Origin: Dimorphilus gyrociliatus
Lineage: Eukaryota > Animalia > Annelida
Direction of reading: 5' to 3'
Assembly: GCA_904063045.1 (NCBI GenBank)
Contig: CAJFCJ010000005.1
Span: forward strand, 2,185,988 to 2,249,987
DNA length: 64,000 nucleotides
The notes under the pieces were generated by a model. That model saw only the letters and a list, made by a program, of their open reading frames with translations, searched no databases and was not told the DNA's origin. Position numbers and translations under genes: made by a program. This document shows, piece after piece, positions 12,547 through 24,500 of this stretch (position 1 is its first letter; every line of letters starts with the position of its first letter).

Positions 12547-14814
12547 TAATTCTTTTGTTGTTTTTCCAAAAGATAATCAAGCTTTCCTAATGTTTTCTCT
12601 TCCAATATGTTAAGAAAGCTAAGAGACTTTTGACAAAAAGAGCACGGAAGAAAGTGATTAGCCAATATATTGAAACCGAACAGTCTATAATCCTTATGAA
12701 CTAGCACGAGAGATTTAACGTAAGTCGGCAAAGAAGGCGTATTGAAATCTCCGTCATGCGTCGGCTGACTACGTCATTTAGACTGGTATAGCAATTAAAT
12801 ATAGGCCTAACCGTGTCTTATCTCTAAGCCGCTTTGTAGTTATATAATGACCGGGGGACAATAGGGTAACGAGCGCGAATTCTAAACGATTGTTCGAGTG
12901 TGGGAGACTGTCCGAATGAAGAGCGTCAAGCTGCGTCGGTTTCTATTAAAAAGTTAGAATAGGGGAATTGAAAATATACAGCATATATATAAATATATAT
13001 ATATACAGTATATATAAAATAGTATATACTACAGAGTATAAAGGTATAATGGAAACCATAAACGCGTGTACGAACGCGTCCGGCGCAATCGGCTTTGTTC
13101 TCATTTGACGGATAATTTTAACGAAGCACGCGTCGAAAACGTAACCGAATATCACAATGGACATCACGAGCCTTCAAAAAAAAGTTTTTTGCGTAATAGT
13201 TGGGTTTATTTTTCTTTTATTTTTATAATCTCTCTATCTGTACCTACTTTCTGTCTATCCCTTTTGAACGGATGATTATTTTTCTTTCTTTTATATTTTT
13301 TAGTTTACCGCCCACTACCCTTCCCCTTTTTATTCAATAGTTCTACTAACAACAGGCGAAGGGGGGGGAGGGCAATACAGAGGGGAGAGAGAGAGAGAGA
13401 GAGAGAGAAGTGTATGCGAAAAGTTAGAGGGCAAGAAACAATAAAACGAATAAAAAAAGGTGAAATCCGTAGCAGTTTTGTACTTTTAAAGGTCAAATAA
13501 TTATTATATACTCAATACTGTCCAAATATCGATATTGGTAGTCTATTTGTCTCTTCCTATGACGTTTACACTAATAATCTCTAAGGAGAAAGAAGAAGAG
13601 AAAAGAAAAAACCCTAACTAATCCAAGTTTTTGTGGCATAAAAATATTACTTAAAAAGACCATTGAGAAAAATATCAAGCAAGAAAAAAATGGTCAAAAA
13701 CTAGAACATAATAGATTTCTTTAAAACGTTGATTATTGGCATTAATCGATTGTAATAATTAATAATTACTATTATAAGATATTAAAGTAATTGAATATTG
13801 GGGCGGGTATCGGCCAAGGTAATTTATGACTACCGTTTTATACTTTAAACTTGTAATAATGGTAATAATAATAATAAAGAAAAGTATACTTTGTTCCTTT
13901 TAGAATATACAAAAAAGAGATTTTTGAATGATTTTCGTCATGGTTAAGAGTCTTTTAAGCATAAATTATTATAACTTGTACATATATCTGGTATTAATTT
14001 TATATACATATACTGTATACTGTATTTACTTTATATTATATACTTGTAAATTCTCGATAGGGTTTACTTAAGATTAGAGAAAATCCGCAAATCAACTTAC
14101 CAAAACTTCAATCATCTGCAATTGAAAATCAACTAATAATATTGTATGTAAACGTAAGGATTGTTGAAAATTGTCTTATAATATAATCAGATTAGAATAC
14201 TTACTATGTTCAACCAATGCTCCTTTTCACCACTTTTCCTTTAGATTAATCAAAGATAAAACGGTAAAAATCTTCTCTAATCTCTTTTTTTTCTTCTTCT
14301 TTTCTATCTACGTTCTTTCTCTTTTCTTATCTTCTAGTGATACTTTCAATTTCAGAATTTTTACTTTACGTCTCTTTTCGACTTTTTCTCTCCAAAGATA
14401 GCATGAAAAATAAACTTAAACGTATATATATATGCTCTCCTAACGCAGTGTGACGCCTAGCACATGACGCCGGTGACGCCCAACTCGCAACGGACACGCG
14501 ATTAGTTCTCATAATCCCCCGCGCGTGGATTAGTTAAACGGCGAGTGGACGCCCAAGTGAATGCGCTAAGAGTCCGCTCAATCAATTTCACTATCACACA
14601 AAAAGGGGAAATATCTAAAGTGTTCTACTGGTTTAAAGACTGCTTCAAAAGATCTATTTACTACGCTGATTACTGTGTATGACTCGAAAATTTTGGTCAG
14701 AAAATGAATTAATAACAGTTAACTGATAACAGATAACCAGTTGTAAGATATATATTGTATACTTTATACTGTATAAATACATAGTCCGTGAATCGATAGT
14801 GTTGAATATTAGCT

Positions 14815-15536
14815 ATGAATTCAAGAGCATTATTGATAGCTTTGTTTATCCTTTTAAATATTTCTCTAATTGATGCACAACTAGGAGATTCATGGTACTC
14901 GCAAGTCGATGAATTAAATAGTCAAAGAGCAACCATAAACTGTACTTTTCCAGAAGAATATAACAAAGCTGACAGAGAATATTGGATTTTACCGAATGGA
15001 ACGCAATTGCGTATACGTAAGTAGATAAAATATTATACAAAAAATGCTATATAACTATTGACGTTGCATATTCATTTTAGCATCGGTAAATGGTCGATTT
15101 CAGGTTGAAGATGACGGTAATTTAACTATAAATACCGTACAAAAGTTAGATCTTGGAGTCTATTATTGCGTTTTTACAAACGATACGAATATTAGGCTAA
15201 TTAAGCGTGGAATCAATATTAATGGTTAACTTTTCAATTCTTTATTCCTTTATCATTCTCATTATTACTGTCTTTATGAAAAAAGGTCCTTATTTTATTT
15301 CAACGTGGAGTGTATACCGTAAAAGTACGATAATTGGATGTTCGGCTTTTGGAGGATATATATTTCTTGCACTTTGTACAGCTCTACTATATCGTTTTAG
15401 ATGGCAAGGAGATAAAGAAGACGAAGATCCATATAATTTTAATGGTGAAATAAATCAGGCCTATTTAAGAGATATACCTATCGAGAGACTAGGGCCACCA
15501 CTTGATAAAGCTGACTACGACACAACTCGTATGTAA
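14815..15536 (+). CDS. Small single-Ig-domain type I membrane protein
   Basis: Exons 14815-15016, 15081-15224 and 15286-15536 join in phase 1. Signal peptide MNSRALLIALFILLNISLIDA. Ig Cys/Trp pattern INC...YW and LTINTVQKLDLGVYYC. TM IIGCSAFGGYIFLALCTALLY, then an acidic tail. Confidence 0.8.
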
Positions 15537-15864
15537 ATGAAGATTTTATATATATATCTATTTGTATATACAGTATAAATTTATATATGTTATATACAAG
15601 CAAAAGTAGAATAAACACAAAATTCTAATGAAGAAAATAGACTTTATAATTAAATTTTGTAAGATTTTTATCTCTTTAATCAAGAATAACAAAAAGATCA
15701 TGACAAATTTTTATATCAATTCGCTTTTTTTTTCTCTTCTTTTCCTCTTCTCTCGATTTATTATTTTCATATTGGTTTCGTTTTAAACAATCGTTTGAAC
15801 AAAACAAAAAAAAACAAGTATTGAGAACAACCCAGAGAGATAGAGAGAAAAAGTGATGAATAAA

Positions 15865-15955
15865 TGAGAGAGAGGGAGAGAGAGAGAGAAAGAGAGAGAT
15901 AGAATGTTAACCAGACACTGTAATTTTGAGAGAGAGAGAGAGAAAGAAAGAGAAA
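15865..15955. repeat. (GA)n / purine-rich microsatellite between the convergent Ig-protein and ALG5 3' ends
   Basis: gagagaga runs. Similar tracts at 13385-13408, 29410-29447, 34257-34276 and 62640-62677. Confidence 0.85.
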
Positions 15956-15976
15956 AAACAATGACAAAGAAATCTC

Positions 15977-17782
15977 CTAAGATCTACGGCGGATTTCATT
16001 GAAATCGATTGGTAAAATTTTCCACACTCCTAGGCTATACCTGAAAAGAAGAAGAAAAGAAAATAAAGAGATATTTTTGGATAATAAAACTAATTACTAG
16101 TCCGTAATAGACCCACCTTAATCGGATTGCTACGATATCTTTACCCATTTGTAACCAACTAAAGATCGGAACAATTTTAGATCCTTCAATCTCTGTCCAA
16201 GTTACTGGAACTTCGTCAATAGGTATACGTAATTGTTCGGCAACGTGTAAAAGATCAACATCGAACGCCCTATAAATGAAAATAAAGTTTCATTTTAATA
16301 GAATTAATAAAATACTCGAATAAAAAAGAAAGACATATGATGATATAATAATAATAACCATCTATCTACATGCATTATCCTAAATAATACACTGGCTGCA
16401 GGTCTTGTCAATAATTTAAATCCGCATTGGGTATCTTTTATGGATTTGACGCAAAAAAGCCATACAATCAGGTGAAATCCTTTCATGAGTATAGTTCTAA
16501 AAAAGGAACGCTAAAAATAAAGTATGGGGATAAAAGATTCTCAGTTAGTCATTATTGCTCAAGATTAAAGATATTATAATGTTCTTACCGATGCTATTGC
16601 CTCCTTCTCTAAATGAGCTCTAGAACCGCATGCTATAGCCATTTCCTCCTTTCATTTAGGTTAAAACAATAATTATATTAATAAGCATATTATTTATAAA
16701 AGTGTGAATATTACTTTATGTTTTGTTTGAATTTCTCTAATTAATTTATCTAATTTTTGTATATCAGAAAATTTTGTTGCGCCATCGGCGTCAGCAAAGA
16801 GTATGTAGCGCCCCCTAGATACGAATGCCCCCTATTAGAAATAGAAGAAAATAAAATAATTATATTAATAGAAATTTTTCAGAATAGTTCTTATAGTTAA
16901 TTATTTCTTTATAAATAAATCAAACCATTCTAATTGCGCCACCTTTTCCTCTATTTTCAACGAGTGTTAGAACACGAAATTTATCTGTTCCGTATTTTTT
17001 GCTATAAGATCTTGCAATCTGTATAAATATTAGAAATAATTTATTCTTTATTTATTTAAATAAGTTCTATTCTATATTTAGATACAAATTTGTAAATATT
17101 TAATACAAACGTTTGTAGTTTTATCCGAGCTTCCGTCATCAACGACTATTATTTCAAAGCCAGACTTTTCATCTGCATTTGCCTTTAAAATTGATCAAAT
17201 AGATTTTTTCATTGCTTACTTTAATAAATATACTATTCACTATTAACATAGTTAATTTTTTATATACGCTACTTACGAATTTTTTATTCAGATACTCCAT
17301 TGCCTCTTCGATCATTTTCGGTACTAAAACAAATAAATATATACATATATATATACGTAGATTAATGCAGTATAAAAGCAATGTTTAGAGTTGATTGACT
17401 TACATCTCTTCTCTTCGTTGTATGCCGGTATGATTACTGATAGTTCTTTGGTAGGTGGGTCTTCTAAGCTAGGAAATTCTAAAACTTTATTGTCATTCGC
17501 TGGATCAATATATTTTCTCTCGGAATCATAGCGTTTTACATTCGGTTTTCTAGTTCCTGTGTATGCGTATATGAGGATCTATAAAACAATAAATAGGAGG
17601 TTAAAACAATCCAGTTTTGGAGTATTAGTATTAAAGAAAGCTCTTGAAACTGTATTATCGCTCTCTATCATAAAAGTCAAATAGTCGTTTTAAAGAGCAG
17701 TTGTCATACTCACTATTATTATTGCTAGTGAAATCATAACACTAAGTAGAATGGATAAATTAAGCACAGAAACTTCCAACAT
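15977..17782 (-). CDS. ALG5: Dolichyl-phosphate beta-glucosyltransferase
   Basis: Ten exons join in frame: 17782-17714, 17578-17404, 17323-17277, 17182-17111, 17018-16926, 16831-16715, 16648-16589, 16510-16359, 16269-16117, 16040-15977. Motifs: IPAYNEEKRL, VVDDGS, NRGKGGA, FADADGAT, GSRAHL, DTQCGFKL, WAFDVDLL, WTEIEGSK, LQMGKD. Confidence 0.96.
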
Positions 17783-18117
17783 TTTCAAGGAAATTGACGA
17801 GTTTTATTTTTGTAAATTGAATATAAACACGCTGGCAAATAGTAAAATATTCCAACGTAAACTTCCGTTTTTTTCTATAAAAAATATTTTTTAATAAACA
17901 TTTTTTTCATTTGAATAAAACTTTTTATTGAATAAAATATTTTTATGGAAATTTAAATTAAAATTTTGAGAAAATTTTGAAATAATTTTTTGGTGCTCAT
18001 GTGGAAAATCACGTTTTTCCAGCACTTCGGAACGGCCTGGCGCGAACATAACTTCGTTGACAAAATATGTGTTAACCCCATAGCTGACGACAGAGAATAC
18101 TTTAACGGAGTTGAAAG
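17783..18117. promoter_or_regulatory. Probable short bidirectional promoter shared by ALG5 and the LOTUS-Tudor gene
   Basis: Head-to-head genes. The Tudor gene 5'UTR donor (ag|gtatga at 18118) lies about 335 bp from the ALG5 ATG. Confidence 0.45.
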
Positions 18118-18408
18118 GTATGAAATTATTTACTAAAATTTACACAGCTGTATTAACGACTTAAGTATAATTTTGAAGCTTTTATTATAACTTTTCCTAT
18201 TCATAATGGAAGTCGATAGAAACTTTTCTAAAATCGACTTTTTTTGAAAATAATTAACTGTGGAAGGCTAATATAGTTGCTAAATATATATTAAACGCTA
18301 AATTGATTTATTTGGAATTTAATATCATGTCCAAAAAGTCGTTTTTCAGCTTTCCGCACTTTTAAAATGGCAGCCGTTAACTACATGTGTTGAATTATTT
18401 TTTTCAGA

Positions 18409-20726
18409 ATGTCGGACGAGACTATTAATGAACTCTCCATTAAACTATTAGAACTCTTCGTGGAGGAGGGAAATGGAAAGCTTGATAGAACTATTGGCCC
18501 GAAATATTTCAGAAAATATCGGGAAATAATACCAAACAAATTTCTTTGCGAAAAAGGCTACGTCACCGTCGAAGATTTCGTCATTCGAGAGTTAAGCCAA
18601 ACGTTGTCTCTGAGGGAAAGGGACAGCGTTATTGAATATCATACTTCACTTGAAACTAAAAAAGATATATTTCGTCGAAAAGTGCTACAGAACAAAAGTG
18701 GATGCGACCTGAAAGATCCTACTGCCAATATTGAGTGTACTTATTCGAAGAGTGACTTTTCGTATGAAAGCAGCCCAGTCCCTTCAAATGTACCTGTAGT
18801 CGAGCCAATTGAAGAGCTTACTTATAAAGGAGAGAAGAATCCGGTTGCAATAAAGGACACTATTGAGCTTCAAAACTTATATAATGAATTCACAGAGAAA
18901 GTACCGTTTCGTTTTCTTACGAAAAGGTCAATTAGTACTCAGAAAAAAGTCAAAGAATGGAAGCATGCATTCGACATTTTTGCCTGTACAAAATGGATTG
19001 AAGAAAAGAAAGAAACAGAAAAAATCTTGTATAAAGTAAATCCTTTAACTCCTCCAATAGAGCCTGGAAAGCTAAAATTCGATAGTGTGGATGTAGCCAT
19101 AAGTGCTGTTTATTCTGTTGATTCATTTTACGTTCAAGTAAGACTTACGTAAATTGAAGATCTAACTGTTTTATATAATTCGATTGACTATTTAATTTAT
19201 TTTAGATAATGAACGAGGATGATTGTCGCTTAGAATTAGAGGAGAAGGTTAAAAATTACAAATCACTGCCTACAGTTATTCAAAAGAACACTTCTTGTTT
19301 GGCCTCTTTGCAAAATCTATGGTTTAGAGCCAATATTGAAACAGTCTTCGTAGATACAAAGACTGTAACGGTATTTTTTGTAGACTGGGGAAACAGAGCG
19401 ACACTCTCATGGTCAGAAGTTCGATATTTACCTCCTGAATTGGCATCTACTCCAGGCTATGCTTACCATTGTTCCCTCATGCCTTTGCCTTATGTATCCA
19501 CTGCACACCAGAAACTGAGAGACCTCGAAACGTGCGTAACTCTTAAGCAGATTGCACCTTTCGATGGCAATGCCATTATTGTGAATCTTGAGATTGACGG
19601 AAAAGATTTCACCAAAAGTATATTGAATCAGACTATGCCAACTCTCTCTATCCCCGACTCCTGCATCAGATTTCAGCTTATAGTAACGTACCTTGTGTCA
19701 CCTAAATGTTTTTTTGCCAAACTTTCAGATCAAACTTCGGAACTTGCAAAGATTCAAGTTGATCTGAAATCGTTGTTCCAGCATGTGGCAACGCAAGTCC
19801 ATTTAGGTGAAAACGTTGCTATTAAGCTGTCATCTGATGGTCAGGACTACTGCTTGCGGGGGAGAGTAGTAAGTACCGAAGATAATTGCATCAAAGTTCG
19901 TTATTTAGATCTTGGAGATTACGAGAACGTAAATTTATCAGATGTAAGAAAACTGCCGAGTGAAATTGATAAGAAAGTGCCCTACGAGGCTGTTTTACTC
20001 AGTCTAGTTGATTTGAATGTTGATTGGGCATGTACGACAATTGTTTCGCGTTTCGTGCGAAGGTTAATACAATCACAAGTTCTAACAGCTGTCCGTTGCA
20101 TAACGTCGGATTCAAAGGAGCTGTTGGTCGATTTGTTTACTGAAGATAATCGACGAGTTACTGATATAGTAATGGATTATCTTCCAAAGTTATTTCACGG
20201 TGATGCAGTGTTGCCTGATAAAGTATTGAGATTTCACGTCTACGTCGTGAAAGTAGATAAAGATAATGTATGGATATTGTTGAAGGATGAAAATACTGAA
20301 TATTTATTTTCGGCTCTAAAATACTGCAGCAATGACCCAGAATTAAAAAGAGTCAAGTATGTCAACCTGGGTTCAACTGTATTAACTATGGACAAGTCGA
20401 ATTATATAAGGGGAATCGTTGAAGAAATATATGGAGATCGTTTAGTTATACGAAATATTGATAGTAATGACATCGTACATGTTCCGATAAAATTAGTCTT
20501 TGAATTGCCGAAGTATTTGTCTTGCGTACCGAAGCTTATAATCAAAACTAAGTGTCGTTTGAGTAGGTTCGTTTGGAGTGAGAAGACGGCTGAAAAACTC
20601 CACAAATTTTTGAAGATAAAAGGAAATCGATTTCAGGCGTCGATTAACAGCAAGAAAAACGAAATCGGTTTATTCTTAAACGGAAGGGAAATTAGTCAAA
20701 TATGGGCTGCTGATGAAGAAGAATGA
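18409..20726 (+). CDS. LOTUS (OST-HTH) + three extended Tudor domains, TDRD7/Tapas-like germ-granule protein
   Basis: Exons 18409-19137 and 19206-20726 (phase 0). N-terminal YREIIP...GYVTVEDFV resembles LOTUS. Tudor motifs WFRA..VFFVDWGN, LRGRV..VRYLDLGD and a degenerate third, IRGIV..IRNIDSN. Probable 5'UTR intron 18118-18407. Confidence 0.75.
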
Positions 20727-20785
20727 TTCCAAGTTTTCTAAAAGTATTTCTGGTTTATTATGTAAATTTGTCAAAATAGGTCTAT

Positions 20786-21481
20786 TTATTCGGCATTTTT
20801 TTTCATTTGCAAATACTGTAGATGAAAATTTGTTCAGTTTAGTTAAAAAATTTTTACATTTATATTTTTATACCTCTTTTCGGTTTTGTATTGCGTTCTG
20901 CAACCATAAAAGTTCAAGCATTGATTCATGTTGAAGACGCTCCAATTGGTTGCGATCATATGTGGGCTGTTCTGTGTTTTCTGTATGGGATTATGTGTTT
21001 GACATAAATAAATGCATATGAATTCTTTCTTACGATCCGTTGTAAATTCTGCTGATTTAATTAATGAGACTCCATCCTCCAAATCAACTTCAGAAACTGA
21101 GGTCAATGTTGAATCTGCATCTAACGATTCGTACTGATTTTCAGCATCACATTTAAGAATTTCGGCATTCTGTACAACATTTTCTATAACTCGATTTTCT
21201 GTTTGATGTTCCTGAATAGATTTTCGATCCCTTTGATATAGAAAAGGGATATGTAAATATTTTGTAGTGTCATATTCATCTTTGTCAAATTCTTTGCACA
21301 TTAACAAGAAACTTTGAGATAACTCTTTTAAATGTTTTCTCCATAGCCAACCCCTGCATACCGCCTTTTGTAATAGAATATTTTTGATCAGTATCAGGAA
21401 AATTTGAAAATAGACTAAATTTACCTGAACTTTAGTTAAGTTTGAAATATCTTCATCTTTATTAAAATTTAGTTGTTTCAT
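20786..21481 (-). CDS. IQCC: IQ domain-containing protein C-like
   Basis: Exons 21481-21425, 21364-21034, 20980-20874 and 20815-20786. Splicing creates the IQ motif VQAVCRGWLWRK and the C-terminal MLELLWLQNAIQNRKEYL, which matches the IQCC C-terminal motif as recalled. Confidence 0.8.
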
Positions 21482-21691
21482 TCCTACACGAAAGTGATTT
21501 ATATATATGTAGCAAAACTTAATTGAGAAGGAAAAAAGTTAAGAATTCTTTTGTAAACATATATTGTCTGCTTCACAGGTTCGCACTAAATAAGTGTGGT
21601 TCCCTGTCGATCTATAATACAAAAGTTAGTATTTATAATAAATTATTTCTATCAGAGAGAATTCATACAAAAAATGATTTTGACAATTCGT

Positions 21692-21746
21692 TGTTTACAT
21701 AAACAAGGCCCGTAGCCAGACTTCTTGGGAAAGAACCGTGACGTCA
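21692..21746. promoter_or_regulatory. Divergent IQCC/OXR1 promoter region with a full CRE and paired forkhead-like sites
   Basis: tgtttacataaacaa at 21692-21706 and tgacgtca at 21739-21746, between the divergent ATGs at 21481 and 22108. Confidence 0.45.
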
Positions 21747-22107
21747 CAGTTTCCTGCAGATTTTGCAGAAGCAAGAGCGTTTGTTACTGCTGCACATACA
21801 AGCTGACCAAGGATGTTTATTCTTTAAAATTACAAAAATAAAAAGGACGATGTATTTTTAAGAAAGCATGTCGTAGTGAAAATAGAGGACAATATCGATA
21901 ATTATCTAAAGGAGACGTGAGTAATTATACATATTTACGAGTGGTTAAAAAGGAAAACAAAAACAAATCGTATCTTTTTTTCGATCTATATGCAATTTGA
22001 TAATAAGGTATTCGGCAGATGTTAGTGCAGTTCGCCAATTTTATACATATTAATCAGGCAACTAAAAAGCGAAATATTGCAGCCACATATGCTAATGTAG
22101 AGGAATC

Positions 22108-23620
22108 ATGGATAGCGAGTCTTTGACGAATCAGTTCAGAAAATCTTTAAAGGAAAAGGGATCGAAAGCACGTGAAAAATTAACTGCTGTCAAGTACGTA
22201 TAGCTTGTTTTCTCTTAGTTGGAGAAAATGTAATATAATGCTACCCCAAATCGTTGGCTGAGTAATCTATTTAAGCCAGATACTCTGTAGTTAATTTGTG
22301 GTGTGTTAATTAACGGACTGAATAAAATGAGAGGGAAAATGTTCGATAACAATGAGAGCAACTTTCCGCGGGGTTTCCATAGAAACGTTAAGTTAGACGG
22401 ATTTGTGCTAGCGTTTTACTGAAAATTTTCCGCTATTTTGCTCGACGAAACAAATCGATTGTAGAAGGCCGAGGTGTCACTGGCTCCTTTCTCTTATTTC
22501 TACCTTCATATGAGGCTATCTTTCAAATAGGAACAAGGCTATTGAAGTGGGGGACAACACAGCAAGTGTCGCAGGAAGAGTTATCACTCCTCTGGATAAT
22601 CTTGCAGATAGTATAGCAGCGTCAGTTGCACCAAAACCACGTTCCGGTTCGTCAGAATCAAATAAAGGTTTGTAGGGAAAAAAAACAAGAACCTAAAAAA
22701 AGTGTAATGGAATGCCTATCACGTTCCAACTTCACTTTTCGCCCGACAACATCCAATTTACACTGGAACGGTTTGTTTAATAATTATAGATCCTCTGCGT
22801 TCACCAAACAAATCCTCACCGGCCGAAGAAAAATGTCCTGTCCTGCAAGATAATGTTTGCAAGAAAACATCAGCCCAGCCTCTTGGCACCTTGGAGTATT
22901 TCGTAAGTAGACAATCTTTTGAAATAGTCGATATAGGAATGCATATAGGAATGCCCTCTCGTAAGAAGCGTTTAGAGATAACCGAAAATGAACCATCTAA
23001 TATTACAACAGTTTTGCCTGACGTCACTCTGAAGTCGCAACAAGGCGAGAGCAAGTCATTGATTAGCGCTGACGACAACAGAGCAAACAGACGTTCTGCG
23101 TTTTTGTTGTTATTTTCTACGCTATTTTTTTTCCCACTTCGTTTATGGGCTTGCTCCTTTCGCAATAGCCTTTGGCTGTAGTTGTCCCGATTGCGTAAAC
23201 TAGCACGAACAAGCGCTGTTCGACTATTAGGGCCCGAGGCGCGTCGATAAAAAGCGATTTCTTCGGAACGGTATCCTGCCGTCCCCTTTACCTACGCATT
23301 TTCCCCCTGTCATTCTATGTTTTCTTAAAGGTATCGGATCGAGATACGTTGACGTCAATCGCTGCGCAATTCGACACTACTCCATCAGAATTAAAGAAGA
23401 TCAATAAGCTAATGAATCAATTTATTTTTGCTGGCCAGGTATATACAAAAACATATATCTATATCTCTATCTGTGATAAATTGATGCTATTTTGAGCTGA
23501 AGTTTGAAACATTGAGATTTATTTATTATGTTACCTTTATCTATCTATTAATCTATATATATATATATACAGTATATTCTGTATAAATTTATATATATAT
23601 ACTTTATATATATCTATCTA

Positions 23621-23657
<37 letters not shown>

Positions 23658-24456
23658 TATACTCCTTCATCCTTTCTCTCTCTCGCTCTCTCTTTATTGT
23701 ATACCTTCCTCTTCCTCATTTCACTTCCTCCTCTCATCGCTAATAGAGTTTTGTTTACACTACGGTTAAAAATTTTTATCTTCCCACTTTAGAAACTGTA
23801 CGTTCCCAGTAAAGATTATGCTACTCTTAGTGCGACCTGTTCATCACCTAAAAGTCCCAAAAGTCCAAAGGATAAAGAGAAAGAAAAGGAAAAGGAAAAA
23901 GAGAAAGATGATGAGGAAAAGCCAGCTGCCAGCCCAAATAAATCACCTAATACACCGGTAAGAAGCTAGTTTTTTTCTTTTTATGCCTATTATTTTTTCT
24001 TTTATATCCAATTTTTTAGTATTATTATTGATATTATTACGATAATTAATAATTTAAGTTGCTATAAACAAAATACCCGTATTGTTAGCCTTATCCAAGT
24101 TATTAATAGAAAATTTCTTACTGGAATGCCCCCTATTATTGTTTAGCATTAAGAATTGGTGTATCTTTTCAATAGCATTTTTTTTCTTTTTACTATTATT
24201 AATAATATATTATTTAATTTAATAAGTTAAAAAATAACAAATATGTCATATATAAATATAAATATTATTTGTTGTTGTAAATATTTTCTTCTTGTTTACG
24301 TTTATATTTGGAGCAGTCGTAGTGTTTTCTCTTCTTTTTTTTTTTGCTCTCTTGATAGATGGTAGAGATATTTTTTCCTACTGCATTTCGCTACTGCATG
24401 ATGATATCCAATCTATTTCTACCAGTGACATATTTATTATACATATAGTATCTATC

Positions 24457-24500
<44 letters not shown>

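Noticed and set aside
18400-18411. Splice acceptor directly before the ATG (also at 34140-34150) as a sign of SL trans-splicing or operons
   Set aside because: A cis donor exists upstream (18118), and neighbours are mostly head-to-head or tail-to-tail rather than co-oriented. Ordinary 5'UTR introns explain it.
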